DNA of 64,000 nucleotides from Longimicrobiales bacterium (GTDB lineage Bacteria > Gemmatimonadota > Gemmatimonadetes > Longimicrobiales > Gaopeijiaceae), in NCBI GenBank assembly GCA_965203485.1, contig OZ241892.1:2272001-2336000 (forward strand), written 5' to 3'. The number at the start of each line of letters is the position of its first letter. Within the stretch, counting starts at the first letter, position 1. Position numbers and translations under genes: made by a program. The notes under the pieces are model-generated. The model ran no database searches, had not been told where the DNA came from, and saw only the letters and a program-made list of their open reading frames with translations. Below are positions 54,151-64,000 of this stretch, in pieces.

Positions 54151-55082
54151 ACCGGGTCCGGAGCCAACAGTCGCTCGGCCACGGCGTTCACGCACTGGGG
54201 CAGCCACGCGGCGTCGTTGGACAGGGGGAATCCGAAACGATGCACTTGAACACGGCGGGCAAGCGCAATCACGCGGCGGAACAGCTCCTCTTGCCCCAGA
54301 ACCGCGACGGCAACGCGCGCCTGGAAGACCACCGTCCAGATGATCCTCATCATTTCCGGGCCGGTCACGCGCTTGAAGTCCATGCGGTCCTCGTCGTCCG
54401 GTGGACAGATGTGCGATCCAAGAAAATGCATCGTTCGCAACAACCCCGACACCCGGGGCGAGCGCGTGCGCGGGGCGACATGCCACTTTTCGTAGCCTTC
54501 GACCGACCGCACCGGCTTGCGTTCCTGACCGTCGAGGCCGACGGCCGCCAATGCCCGCGGGCCCAGCCTCAGGTCGTCGCAACGCCAGCACCGCACATCG
54601 TCCCCGCTTCGGGCCGGATCGACGATCAGTACATTGTCGGCGAAGAAGGAACAACCCCGTCCGGCCAGCCCCGCCGCCAGCGTCGACTTGCCCCAAAATG
54701 GGCTGGAGCCAAAGGCGTGCACAACTGCCTCCAACGCCACGGCGCTGGCGCGGAGCGCAAGCAGTCCGCGATGCAAGACCAGAGCCGGCAGCGCGGCCTC
54801 CAGCACGAACAGCCGAACGTCCGCTTCCGCAAGCTCCGGCTTGGCTGCCCAGCGGATGCGCTCCCCGCCTTCCACCAGCAACCGCAGGCCGCACGGCAAG
54901 CGGAACAGCAGGCGGTCTCGTGCACGGGCCCAGGCCACGCCCTCGCTCTCGGGGTTCGCAAGCGCGTCCGGCACCTCGCCGCGCCGAATCGTCACGTCGG
55001 CTCCGTGGCGGCGCACCCAAGGCTGAGCCCCGGCCCCAAGGTCGATGTCGGCGTCCATCGTGAACGGAGGCGCGTCGGTCAA
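54147..55082 (-). CDS. HPr kinase-related protein, degenerate catalytic motifs
   Basis: LALRASAV, GSSPFWGKST, FFADNV; paralog of 61498-62442. Confidence 0.78.
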   Translation of the reverse strand: MTDAPPFTMDADIDLGAGAQPWVRRHGADVTIRRGEVPDALANPESEGVAWARARDRLLFRLPCGLRLLVEGGERIRWAAKPELAEADVRLFVLEAALPALVLHRGLLALRASAVALEAVVHAFGSSPFWGKSTLAAGLAGRGCSFFADNVLIVDPARSGDDVRCWRCDDLRLGPRALAAVGLDGQERKPVRSVEGYEKWHVAPRTRSPRVSGLLRTMHFLGSHICPPDDEDRMDFKRVTGPEMMRIIWTVVFQARVAVAVLGQEELFRRVIALARRVQVHRFGFPLSNDAAWLPQCVNAVAERLLAPDPV

Positions 55083-55592
55083 GGCGGGCCAGCCCCAGCA
55101 GGGTCGGCCTCGCCGAACGAAGCCGGATCGAGGGCCAAGATGTCGTCGGCAAAACGATATCCGTGTGCCGCCAGTCCCGCGGCCAACGTGGACTTGCCCG
55201 CCCCCGGCGGCCCCGTGAAGGCATGGACGTCGTCTCCCGCGCGGGCCGTGTTGGCACTGGCATGCATGGGAAGCAACCTCCCAATGAGCATCCCATACGG
55301 GACCCACGATCGCGTCTTCTCCGCCATTCGCCTCATTGTTGCGGCGTCCCGGCCGGACGGCCATGCGTCAGCGAACGGTCCGGCCATCCTCCAGCGGGAA
55401 GCGGCTGCCGTTCCATGTGGTGAACGGCAAGCGGCCTTCCACGCACTGGCGCCGTGGCGCGTTCCACGCCGGCTTCGGCAAGGACTCCGGCGCCGGTCCG
55501 CGCCAGACGGTCACGTCGCTGCCATGGTCGCGCAACCAAGGCGACCCCGCCCGCTCCAAGTCCGGGTCGGCGTCGACGGTGAACGGTGCCAG
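55079..55592 (-). pseudogene. Truncated/frameshifted HPr kinase-related gene
   Basis: APFTVDAD N-terminus, internal stop at 55368, then LPMHASA, GPPGAGKST, FADDIL in another frame, early stop. Confidence 0.75.
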
Positions 55593-55593
55593 C

Positions 55594-55803
<210 letters not shown>

Positions 55804-55862
55804 GCATGGAGTTCTTTCCTTTGCCGAAGAGGTCCGAAATGCCCGAAGAAGCCAGCGGCGTC

Positions 55863-55891
55863 AAGGTAGCTCGGGCCGTCAAGGGAGGCAA
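55863..55891 (-). promoter_or_regulatory. Putative sigma70-type promoter for the precursor (repeated in every unit)
   Basis: TTGCCT-N17-TACCTT on the minus strand about 60 nt upstream of the ATG. Confidence 0.45.
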
Positions 55892-56518
55892 GGAAGCGGC
55901 CCCGGAGATTGTCGCAGGCTCTTCGCTGAACCTGGTGGTTCGCGGTCTACCGCCCAGGCGCGGGAAGCGGTCGAACGCCGTCTTCAGCTCCGCGCCCGGC
56001 ACCCACTCCCCCGTCGCCGCCATGTGGGACCCCACATGTCCAATCGACACGCTCCCCAACGCGGCCAGCCAGCCCCCGGACCTGTTCCGCCTTTCGGCGC
56101 TCGAGCTCCCGGCGCACCGCCGGCTCCGTGATGCCGCTCACGGCGTTTCCCAGCTCATCTCATGCGCTTCGACCCCCCCCCCCCCCCCCCCCGAGGATGC
56201 TGCCTCCCCGACTGAGCATCCCACACGGGACCCACGATCGCGTCTTCTCCGCCATTCGCCTCATTGTTGCGGCGTCCCGGCCGGCCATGCGTCAGCGAAA
56301 CGGTCCGGCCATCCTCCAGCAGGAAGCGGCTGCCGTTCCATGTGGTGAACGGCAAGCGGCCTTCCACGCACTGGCGCCGTGGCATGTTCCACGCCGGCTT
56401 CGGCAAGGACTCCGGCGCCGGTCCGCGCCAGACGGTCACGTCGCTGCCATGGTCGCGCAACCAAGGCGACCCCGCCCGCTCCAAGTCCGGGTCGGCGTCG
56501 ACAGTGAACGGTGCCAGC

Positions 56519-56737
56519 CTAGCAGTTCATGGGTGTGGCGGCATCATCGGAGTTGGTCTTGTCAGTTGGGCTCCCGGGTTCGTAGCAACCGCCGCCGGGG
56601 TAGAAGGAGCCGATGCGGTCGAAGGGGGAACAGTCGAGCTTGGGGGGCGTCCACGGCCGTCTGGCCCCCTTGGCCGATCGTTCCTCGGTCTGCGCGCTCA
56701 ACAGGGGGGGGGGGGGGGGGGGGGGGGAGAGAGACAT
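56519..56737 (-). CDS. Putative RiPP precursor 2 (in frame; core GSFYPGGGCYEPGSPTDKTNSDDAATPMNC)
   Basis: Same leader as copy 1, different core. Confidence 0.75.
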   Translation of the reverse strand: MSLSPPPPPPPLLSAQTEERSAKGARRPWTPPKLDCSPFDRIGSFYPGGGCYEPGSPTDKTNSDDAATPMNC

Positions 56738-57443
56738 GATGGAGTTCTTTCCTTTTGCCGAACAGGTCCGAAATGCCCGAAGAAGCCAGCGGCGTCAAGG
56801 TAGCTCGGGCCGTCAAGGGAGGCAAGCAAGCGGCCCCGGAGATTGTCGCAGGCTCTTCGCTGAACCTGATGGTTCGCGGTCTACCGCCCAGCCGCGGGAA
56901 GCGGTCGAACGCCGTCTTCAGCTCCGCGCCCGGCACCACTCCCCCGTCGCCGCCATGTAGGGACCCCACATGTCCAATCGACACGCTCCCCAACGCGGCC
57001 AGCCAGCCCCCGGACCTGCTCCGCCTTCCGGCGCTCGAGCTCCCGGCGCGCCGCCGGCATCCATGATGCCGCTCACGGCGTTTCCCAGCTCATCTCATAC
57101 GCTTCGACCCCCTGAGGATGCTGGCCTCCCCGACTGAGCATCCCACACGGGACCCACGATCGCGTCTTCTCCGCCATTCGCCTCATTGTTGCGGCGTCCC
57201 GGCCGGACGGCCATGCGTCAGCGAAACGGTCCGGCCATCCTCCAGCAGGAAGCGGCTGCCGTTCCATGTGGTGAACGGCAAGCGGCCTTCCACGCACTGG
57301 CGCCGTGGCATGTTCCACGCCGGCTTCGGCAAGGACTCCGGCGCCGGTCCGCGCCAGAGGTCACGTCGCTGCCATGGTCGCGCAACCAGTGCGACCCCGC
57401 CCGCTCCAAGTCCGGGTCGGCGTCGACAGTGAACGGTGCCAGC

Positions 57444-57666
57444 CTAGCAGTTCATGGGTGTGGCGGCATCATCGGAGTTGGTCTTGTCAGTTGGGCTCCC
57501 GGGTTCGTAGCAACCGCCGCCGGGGTAGAAGGAGCCGATGCGGTCGAAGGGGGAACAGTCGAGCTTGGGGGGCGTCCACGGCCGTCTGGGCCCCTTGGCC
57601 GATCGTTCCTCGGTCTGCGCGCTCAACAGGGGGGGGGGGGGGGGGGGGGGGGAGAGAGAGAGACAT
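57444..57666 (-). CDS. Putative RiPP precursor 3 (same core as copy 2; ATG out of frame, alternative TTG at 57626)
   Basis: GA run next to the poly-G is 4 nt longer than in copy 2; ATG-to-stop length 223 nt. Confidence 0.6.
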
Positions 57667-58375
57667 GATGGAGTTCTTCCTTTTGCCGAACAGGTCCGAA
57701 ATGCCCGAAGAAGCCAGCGGCGTCAAGGTAGCTCGGGCCGTCAAGGGAGGCAAGGAAGCGGCCCCGGAGATTGTCGCAGGCTCTTCGCTGAACTTGATGG
57801 TTCGCGGTTTGCCGCCCAAGCGCGGGCGGTCCGGTCCACGTTCTTGCGCAACGCCGCGAACAGCCTCTCGACACGAATCGTCTTGCCGCGTCCGGTCAGC
57901 CACCGGTCCATCGACACGCTCCCCAACGCGGCCAGCCAGCCCCCGGACCTGCTCCGCCTTCCGGCGCTCGAGCTCCCGGCGCGCCGCCGACTCCATGATG
58001 CCGCTCACGGCGTTTCCCAGCTCATCTCATGCGCTTCGACCCCCCGAGGATGCTGGCCTCCCCGACTGAGCATCCCACACGGGACCCACGATCGCGTCTT
58101 CTCCGCCATTCGCCTCATTGTTGCGGCGTCCCCGCCGGACGGCCATGCGTCAGCGAACGGTCCGGCCATCCTCCAGCAGGAAGCGGCTGCCGTTCCATGT
58201 GGTGAACGGCAAGCGGCCTTCCACGCACTGGCGCCGTGGCATGTTCCACGCCGGCTTCGGCAAGGACTCCGGCGCCGGTCCGCGCCAGACGGTCACGTCG
58301 CTGCCATGGTCGCGCAACCAAGGCGACCCCGCCCGCTCCAAGTCCGGGTCGGCGTCGACGGTGAACGGTGCCAGC

Positions 58376-58587
58376 CTAGCAGGTAACGCCTCCGGAAGGC
58401 TGGGAGTTGGTCTTGTATTTGGTGCTCCCGGGTTCGAAGCAGTTGCTACCGGGGTAGAAGGAGCCGATGCGGTCGAAGGGGGAACAGTCGAGCTTCGGGG
58501 GCGTCCACGGCCGTCTGGGCCCCTTGGCCGTTCCTCGGTCTGCGCGCTCAACAGGGGGGGGGGGGGGGGGGGGGGGGAGAGAGACAT
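58376..58587 (-). pseudogene. Putative RiPP precursor 4, out of frame (core GSFYPGSNCFEPGSTKYKTNSQPSGGVTC)
   Basis: 4-nt deletion near 58530 in the leader; ATG-to-stop length 212 nt. Confidence 0.6.
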
Positions 58588-59296
58588 GATGGAGTTCTTT
58601 CCTTTGCCGAAGAGGTCCGAAATGCCCGAAGAAGCCAGCGGCGTCAAGGTAGCTCGGGCCGTCAAGGGAGGCAAGGAAGCGGCCCCGGAGATTGTCGCAG
58701 GCTCTTCGCTGAACTTGATGGTTCGCGGTTTGCCGCCCAAGCGCGGGCGGTCCGGTCCACGTTCTTGCGCAACGCCGCGAACAGCCTCTCGACACGAATC
58801 GTCTTGCCGCGTCCGGTCAGCCACCGGTCCATCGACACGCTCCCCAACGCGGCCAGCCAGCCCCCGGACCTGCTCCGCCTTCCGGCGCTCGAGCTCCCGG
58901 CGCGCCGCCGACTCCATGATGCCGCTCACGGCGTTTCCCAGCTCATCTCATGCGCTTCGACCCCCCGAGGATGCTGGCCTCCCCGACTGAGCATCCCACA
59001 CGGGACCCACGATCGCGTCTTCTCCGCCATTCGCCTCATTGTTGCGGCGTCCCCGCCGGACGGCCATGCGTCAGCGAACGGTCCGGCCATCCTCCAGCAG
59101 GAAGCGGCTGCCGTTCCATGTGGTGAACGGCAAGCGGCCTTCCACGCACTGGCGCCGTGGCATGTTCCACGCCGGCTTCGGCAAGGACTCCGGCGCCGGT
59201 CCGCGCCAGACGGTCACGTCGCTGCCATGGTCGCGCAACCAAGGCGACCCCGCCCGCTCCAAGTCCGGGTCGGCGTCGACGGTGAACGGTGCCAGC

Positions 59297-59513
59297 CTAG
59301 CAGGTAACGCCTCCGGAAGGCTGGGAGTTGGTCTTGTATTTGGTGCTCCCGGGTTCGAAGCAGTTGCTACCGGGGTAGAAGGAGCCGATGCGGTCGAAGG
59401 GGGAACAGTCGAGCTTCGGGGGCGTCCACGGCCGTCTGGGCCCCTTGGCCGATCGTTCCTCGGTCTGCGCGCTCAACAAGGGGGGGGGGGGGGGGGGGGG
59501 GGGAGAGAGACAT
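59297..59513 (-). CDS. Putative RiPP precursor 5 (same core as copy 4; ATG out of frame, alternative TTG downstream)
   Basis: Extra A at the tract edge; ATG-to-stop length 217 nt. Confidence 0.6.
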
Positions 59514-59625
59514 GATGGAGTTCTTTCCTTTGCCGAAGAGGTCCGAAATGCCCGAAGAAGCCAGCGGCGTCAAGGTAGCTCGGGCCGTCAAAGAAGGCAA
59601 GGAAGCGGCCCCGGAGATTGTCGCA

Positions 59626-60100
59626 GGCTCTTCGCTGAACCTGATGGTTCGCGGTCTACCGCCCAGGCGCGGGCGGTCCGGTCCACGTTCTTGCGCAACG
59701 CCGCGAACGCCAGCTTCTCGGCACGAGTCTTGCCGCGTCCGGTCGGCCACCGGCAACGCGTCCTCGCGAGCGCGGCGCTGTCCTGGGCCAGCAGCTCGCG
59801 GTGTTCGGCGTGCCGCGCCTTGTCCACCGCGTCCGCCTGGTGCTCGGCCACATGGAAGCGGTCGAACGCCGTCTTCAGCTCCGCGCCCGCCACCCACTCC
59901 CCCGTCGCCGCCATGTTAGGGATACCACATGTCCATCGACACGCTCTCCAACGCGGCCAGCCAGCCCCCGGACCTGCTCCGCCTTCCGGCACTCGAGCCC
60001 CCGGCGCACCGCCGACTCCATGATGCCGCTCACGGCGTTTCCCAGCTCATCTCATGCCCCCCCCCCCCCCCCCCCCCCCCCGAGGATGCTGCCTCCCCGA
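59626..60100 (-). mobile_element. ISL3 family transposase remnant (longest internal fragment, unit 5)
   Basis: VSMDMW, FDRFHVAEH..DAVDKAR..EHREL, LRK..RTARAWA are ISL3 DDE-domain motifs; right IR GGCTCTTCG. Confidence 0.8.
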
Positions 60101-60410
60101 CTGAGCATCCCACACGGGACCCACGATCGCGTCTTCTCCGCCATTCGCCTCATTGTTGCGGCGTCCCGGCCGGACGGCCATGCGTCAGCGAACGGTCCGG
60201 CCATCCTCCAGCAGGAAGCGGTTGCCGTTCCATGTGGTGAACAGCAAGCGGCCTTCCACGCACTGGCGCCGTGGCGCGTTCCACGCCGGCTTCGGCAAGG
60301 ACTCCGGCGCCGGTCCGCGCCAGACGGTCACGTCGCTGCCATGGTCGCGCAACCAGTGCGACCCCGCCCGCTCCAAGTCCGGGTCGGCGTCGACGGTGAA
60401 CGGTGCCAGC

Positions 60411-60629
60411 CTAGCAGTTCAAAGGGATTCCTCCTAGATTAGTGGAGTTGGTCTTGTCAGTTGGGCTCCCGGGTTCGTAGCAACCGCTGCCGGGATAGAA
60501 GGAGCCGATGCGGTCGAAGGGGGAACAGTCGAGCTTGGGGGGCGTCCACGGCCGTCTGGGCCCCTTGGCCGATCGTTCCTCGGTCTGCACGCTCAACAGG
60601 GGGGGGGGGGGGGGGGGGGGGGGAGACAT
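60411..60629 (-). CDS. Putative RiPP precursor 6 (in frame; core GSFYPGSGCYEPGSPTDKTNSTNLGGIPLNC)
   Basis: Same leader; ATG-to-stop length 219 nt. Confidence 0.75.
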   Translation of the reverse strand: MSPPPPPPPPLLSVQTEERSAKGPRRPWTPPKLDCSPFDRIGSFYPGSGCYEPGSPTDKTNSTNLGGIPLNC

Positions 60630-60743
60630 GCTTTGGAGTTCTTTCCTTTGCCGAAGAGGTCCGAAATGCCCGAAGAAGCCAGCGGCATCAAGGTAGCTCG
60701 GGCCGTCAAAGAAGGCAAGGAAGCGGCCCCGGAGATTGTCGCA

Positions 60744-61394
60744 GGCTCTTCGCTGAGCCTGGTGGTTCGCGGTCCACCGCCCAGGCGTGGGCGGTCCGGT
60801 CCACATTCTTGCGCAACGCCGCGAACAGCCTCTCGGCACGAATCGTCTTGCCGCGTCCGGTCAGCCACCGGTCCATCGACACGCTCTCCAACGCGGCCAG
60901 CCAGCCCCTGGACCTGCTCCGCCTTCCGGCGCTCGAGCTCCCGGCGCACCGCCGGCTCCATGATGCCGCTCACGGCGTTTTCCAGCTCATCTCATGCGCT
61001 TCGACCCCCCGAGGATGCGGGCCTCCCCGAGCCACGCCGCCACCTCGTCCTCGAACGCCGCCGTGTACCTCGACCTGTCCGCCGCCCAGGGCATGGAGAC
61101 CGTTCTTCACCCCGTGCTCTGGAGACTCGACCAGATGCCACCACTCCCGCTCCCGAGCGTCGTAGCCCGGACACGGCTGGCCGCGCTCGGGACACGTCAG
61201 AGGCTCGCCCGACCGCCTCGCCGCGCACACGCGCCTCCTTTCAGCACCGGGTCCCCCTCGACCCCCTCCACCTTCCAGCCCGGCCCCAACGCCATCAAGC
61301 TCCTGCACCCACTTCGCATCTCCAACCTCGCCTCCTCGGTTCATGGTCCATGTCGCCCCCGATCCCACCCAGCCACACCAATATGGGAAGCGCC
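60744..61394 (-). mobile_element. Internally deleted ISL3 family element with both ends
   Basis: IRs GGCTCTTCGCTGAGCCTGGTGG and (rc) GGCGCTTCCCATATTGGTGTGG; flanks TTGTCGCA / TGTTCGCA resemble a decayed 8-bp TSD; CPGYD.RER.W.HL, PEHGVK, PWA..RSRYT motifs. Confidence 0.78.
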
Positions 61395-61497
61395 TGTTCG
61401 CAGTGGCCCAGCACCGGGCGGACCGAGTAGCTTTGCGTGTCTCTCGCATCAGATTCCGCCGGACGGACGTCCGGCAAGGCATCCGGCAGGCATTGTC

Positions 61498-62442
61498 ATG
61501 CAAGCTCCCTTCACGGTCGACGCCGACATCGACTTGGGCGTGCGAGCCGCTCCCTGGATCCGCGCCCACGGCGCCGACGTGGTCGTCCGGCGCGGGCCGG
61601 TGCCGACGGTCCTCCCCAACCCGGCGCGGTGCAGTGTCGCGTGTCAGTGCGCTGAAAACCAAGTGCTGATCACGGTCCCTTGCGGCATCCGCTTCTTGGT
61701 GGAGGGCGGCGAGTCGATTCGCTACGCCGTGGACGAAGGCCGAGGGGCGGCAGAGGTGGACTTGCGGACATTCCTCGTCGGCGCCGCTTGGCCGGCCCTG
61801 GCGCTGCAACGGGGCTTCTTGCCACTGCACGCAAGCGCAGTGAGCCGCCGCGGCAACGTGCATGGCTTCGCCGCCGGGGCGGGCGGCGGCAAGTCCACGA
61901 TGGCAGCGGCTCTCGCCGGGCGGGGCTGGTCGTTCTTCGCCGACGACGTGCTGCTCATTGCTCCCGCACCGCCCGGACAGGAAGTCCTTTGCCATTCGCT
62001 TGGCGACCTCAAGCTTCCGCGCGAGGGACTGGCCGCCGTCGGAGCGTCCGCCCGGGGGCCGGTCCGAGATGTCGACAGTGGGATCGCCTTGCACGCCAGC
62101 TTCAAGGTGTATGCTGAACCACGCCAGTGGTCGTCGGGAATCGGCGGCCGACTCGCGACGCTCCATGGATTGGAAGGGTGGGGCTTTCCGGAGGCCGATC
62201 CAACCCGAATTGAGCGGTTGACCGGCCGCCGTGCCGCAGAGTTCATGTGGGGAGCGGTGTACAACTCTACCCTGGCGCACGAGATCGCGAGACAACGGCG
62301 GTTGTACCAAGCGGTCGCGGCCACCAGCCGACAGGTCGTTATGTCAAAGTTCCATTTCAGCCGCGTTGCCAATCGTTTCGAGGAGATCGTGGAGAGGCTG
62401 GCTCGGGACTTGTCCGCCGTCGCGGCCGCGGGGCCCCAGTGA
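61498..62442 (+). CDS. HPr kinase-related protein (lasso-cluster kinase-like), motifs intact
   Basis: LPLHASAV, AGAGGGKST, FFADDV. Confidence 0.85.
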   Translation: MQAPFTVDADIDLGVRAAPWIRAHGADVVVRRGPVPTVLPNPARCSVACQCAENQVLITVPCGIRFLVEGGESIRYAVDEGRGAAEVDLRTFLVGAAWPALALQRGFLPLHASAVSRRGNVHGFAAGAGGGKSTMAAALAGRGWSFFADDVLLIAPAPPGQEVLCHSLGDLKLPREGLAAVGASARGPVRDVDSGIALHASFKVYAEPRQWSSGIGGRLATLHGLEGWGFPEADPTRIERLTGRRAAEFMWGAVYNSTLAHEIARQRRLYQAVAATSRQVVMSKFHFSRVANRFEEIVERLARDLSAVAAAGPQ

Positions 62443-63332
62443 CGACGGCGGCACGTGCCACGCGACGCGGTGCGCAATTGGCGGGCAAAGACGGCATCGT
62501 GTGGCTGGCGTCGTATCCCAGGTCCGGCAATACGTGGACCAGAATCCTCCTGGCCAATTTCCTATCCCGGTCGGACGAACCCATACCCGCCAATGCCTTG
62601 CCGCAGGCGTTGTCGAGGTCCGCAAGCAGCCGTGCTAGGTTCGAGCGTCTTGTCGGGCTGGAATCCTTCGACCTTGCCGACGCCGAAATCGAGTCGTTGC
62701 TTCCCGCCGCCTGCCGAGCGGAGGCCGAGCGCGCCGCGCGCCTCGGGACACGGTCGTTCCGCAAAGTTCACGACGCCCGCCGCGACACGTTGGTCGGCGA
62801 GTCGCTGTTTCCGGCCGCCGCGACGGCTGGAGCGATCTATCTCGTGCGCAACCCGCTGGACGTCGCGGTGTCGTGGACTTTTTACATGGGCCGACTGAAC
62901 TTCGGCGCAGCCGTAAGGATGCTGAACGAGGGCAACGTTATCGGTGGGAGCCCGTATCAGTTTCCGCAACAGTTGCTGAACTGGTCGAGCCATGTGGAGA
63001 GCTGGACGGACGCGCCGTTTCCAGTGCTGGCGGTGCGGTACGAGGACCTGTTGGCCGATACGGCCGGGCAACTGGCCGCCATGGTGCGCTTCTTGGGGCT
63101 TGAAGGCAACGCCGACGGAGACCGGATCCGGCGGGCGGTCTCCTTCTCGGCATTTGAGCAATTGCAGGAGGACGAGGCGAACAACGGGTTCAGGAACCGC
63201 GCTCGCTCGTGTCGGACGTTCTTTCGTTCCGGCAAGGCCGGGCAGTGGCGGCAACACCTGACTTCGAAGCAGGTGGCGGAAGTCGTCCGCGCAAATGAGC
63301 GGGTCATGAAGGAATGGGGATACTGGGACTGA
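62439..63332 (+). CDS. Sulfotransferase (Sulfotransfer_1 type)
   Basis: WLASYPRSGNTW, YLVRNPLDVAVS, RYEDL, FFRSGKAGQW; GTGA coupling. Confidence 0.9.
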   Translation: MTTAARATRRGAQLAGKDGIVWLASYPRSGNTWTRILLANFLSRSDEPIPANALPQALSRSASSRARFERLVGLESFDLADAEIESLLPAACRAEAERAARLGTRSFRKVHDARRDTLVGESLFPAAATAGAIYLVRNPLDVAVSWTFYMGRLNFGAAVRMLNEGNVIGGSPYQFPQQLLNWSSHVESWTDAPFPVLAVRYEDLLADTAGQLAAMVRFLGLEGNADGDRIRRAVSFSAFEQLQEDEANNGFRNRARSCRTFFRSGKAGQWRQHLTSKQVAEVVRANERVMKEWGYWD

Positions 63333-63696
63333 CGCGGCCCGGGCGACGTGAGCCGCTTCCGGCATGGTCCCGGCGCGGTCCAAGGGCTGGAGACCACGAC
63401 GCCGCGCGAATGTCCAAGTGTTTGAGTCGCGCGGGCGTCGCCGTTGGACGCGGGAACCTCCGCGAAGCATCCTGCCAATCAGAATCTCCAAGGGCCCCCG
63501 AACACCCAAACCTACCACGCCCGCCCGCTCTTCGGTACCTTCCGACCTTCAATCCCCGGTCAGATCAACAGAGTCGGCCTTCTCTGGCAGACTCTAGGCT
63601 AGGATTTGTTCCAAGTGGAGCGCCACGATCCCGTCATCGACTGATCCGTCTACGCCCAGCGTTCCCGCTCTGGTTCGGGCACGCCTAGCTGAAGAC

Positions 63697-64000
63697 ATGA
63701 GCCGCGCAGGGGTCGCCTGGTGGCCGCTTGGCCGCCGGTACCTCGCCGATCCCTACCCCGCGCTGCGCCGTTTGCGGGAAGCGGATCCCTGCCACTGCAG
63801 CGCTCTGGCCCAGCATTTCCTGGTGTCGCGCTACAGCGATGTCGACCGCGTCCTCCGGGATCACGAGCACTTCCGCAACGGCGAACGCCGGAGCCCGCCG
63901 GGCACGCCGGCACGTATTCGCCCAATGCACCACACGGACCCACCGGTCCACACGCGCTTGCGCCGTTTGGCCAACCAAGCGTTCAGCACGCGTCATCAAA
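63697..64000 (+). CDS. Cytochrome P450, N-terminal part (truncated by the window edge)
   Basis: Hand translation: MSRAGVAWWPLGRRYLADPYPALRRLREADPCH..VSRYSDVDRVLRD..DPPVHTRLRRLANQAFS. Confidence 0.85.
   Translation, partial: MSRAGVAWWPLGRRYLADPYPALRRLREADPCHCSALAQHFLVSRYSDVDRVLRDHEHFRNGERRSPPGTPARIRPMHHTDPPVHTRLRRLANQAFSTRHQ

Overview
High-GC bacterial DNA; gene content and style suggest Gemmatimonadota (inference). Bases 1-50.9 kb are mostly housekeeping: two amidohydrolases, an NCS2 permease, rluD-like, ileS (type 2), PNP, yggS, tonB/exbBD, cdaA, ftsH-hpt-tilS, a MoxR/DUF58 cluster, tRNA-Met, ftsB/eno/plsC/thiL/nnr, glyA, Leu dehydrogenase, beta-oxidation genes, rex, rsmA and an RsbU/W/V module. 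An intact IS1182 element sits exactly in the ftsH stop codon. The standout region is 53.2-64 kb, an apparently uncharacterised RiPP-like locus. Six tandem 0.92-1.1 kb units each carry a putative promoter, a short precursor gene (invariant leader with a WxPPxL motif, hypervariable Cys-bracketed core), a 24-27 nt G/C homopolymer just after the ATG that puts copies in or out of frame, an ISL3 transposase remnant and an HPr-kinase-like gene fragment. The array is flanked by two outward-pointing HPr-kinase-like + sulfotransferase pairs and followed by a cytochrome P450 that runs off the window. No cyclase, RRE or peptidase is visible in the window, so the RiPP class is unresolved. All calls come from reading motifs by eye; no searches were run.
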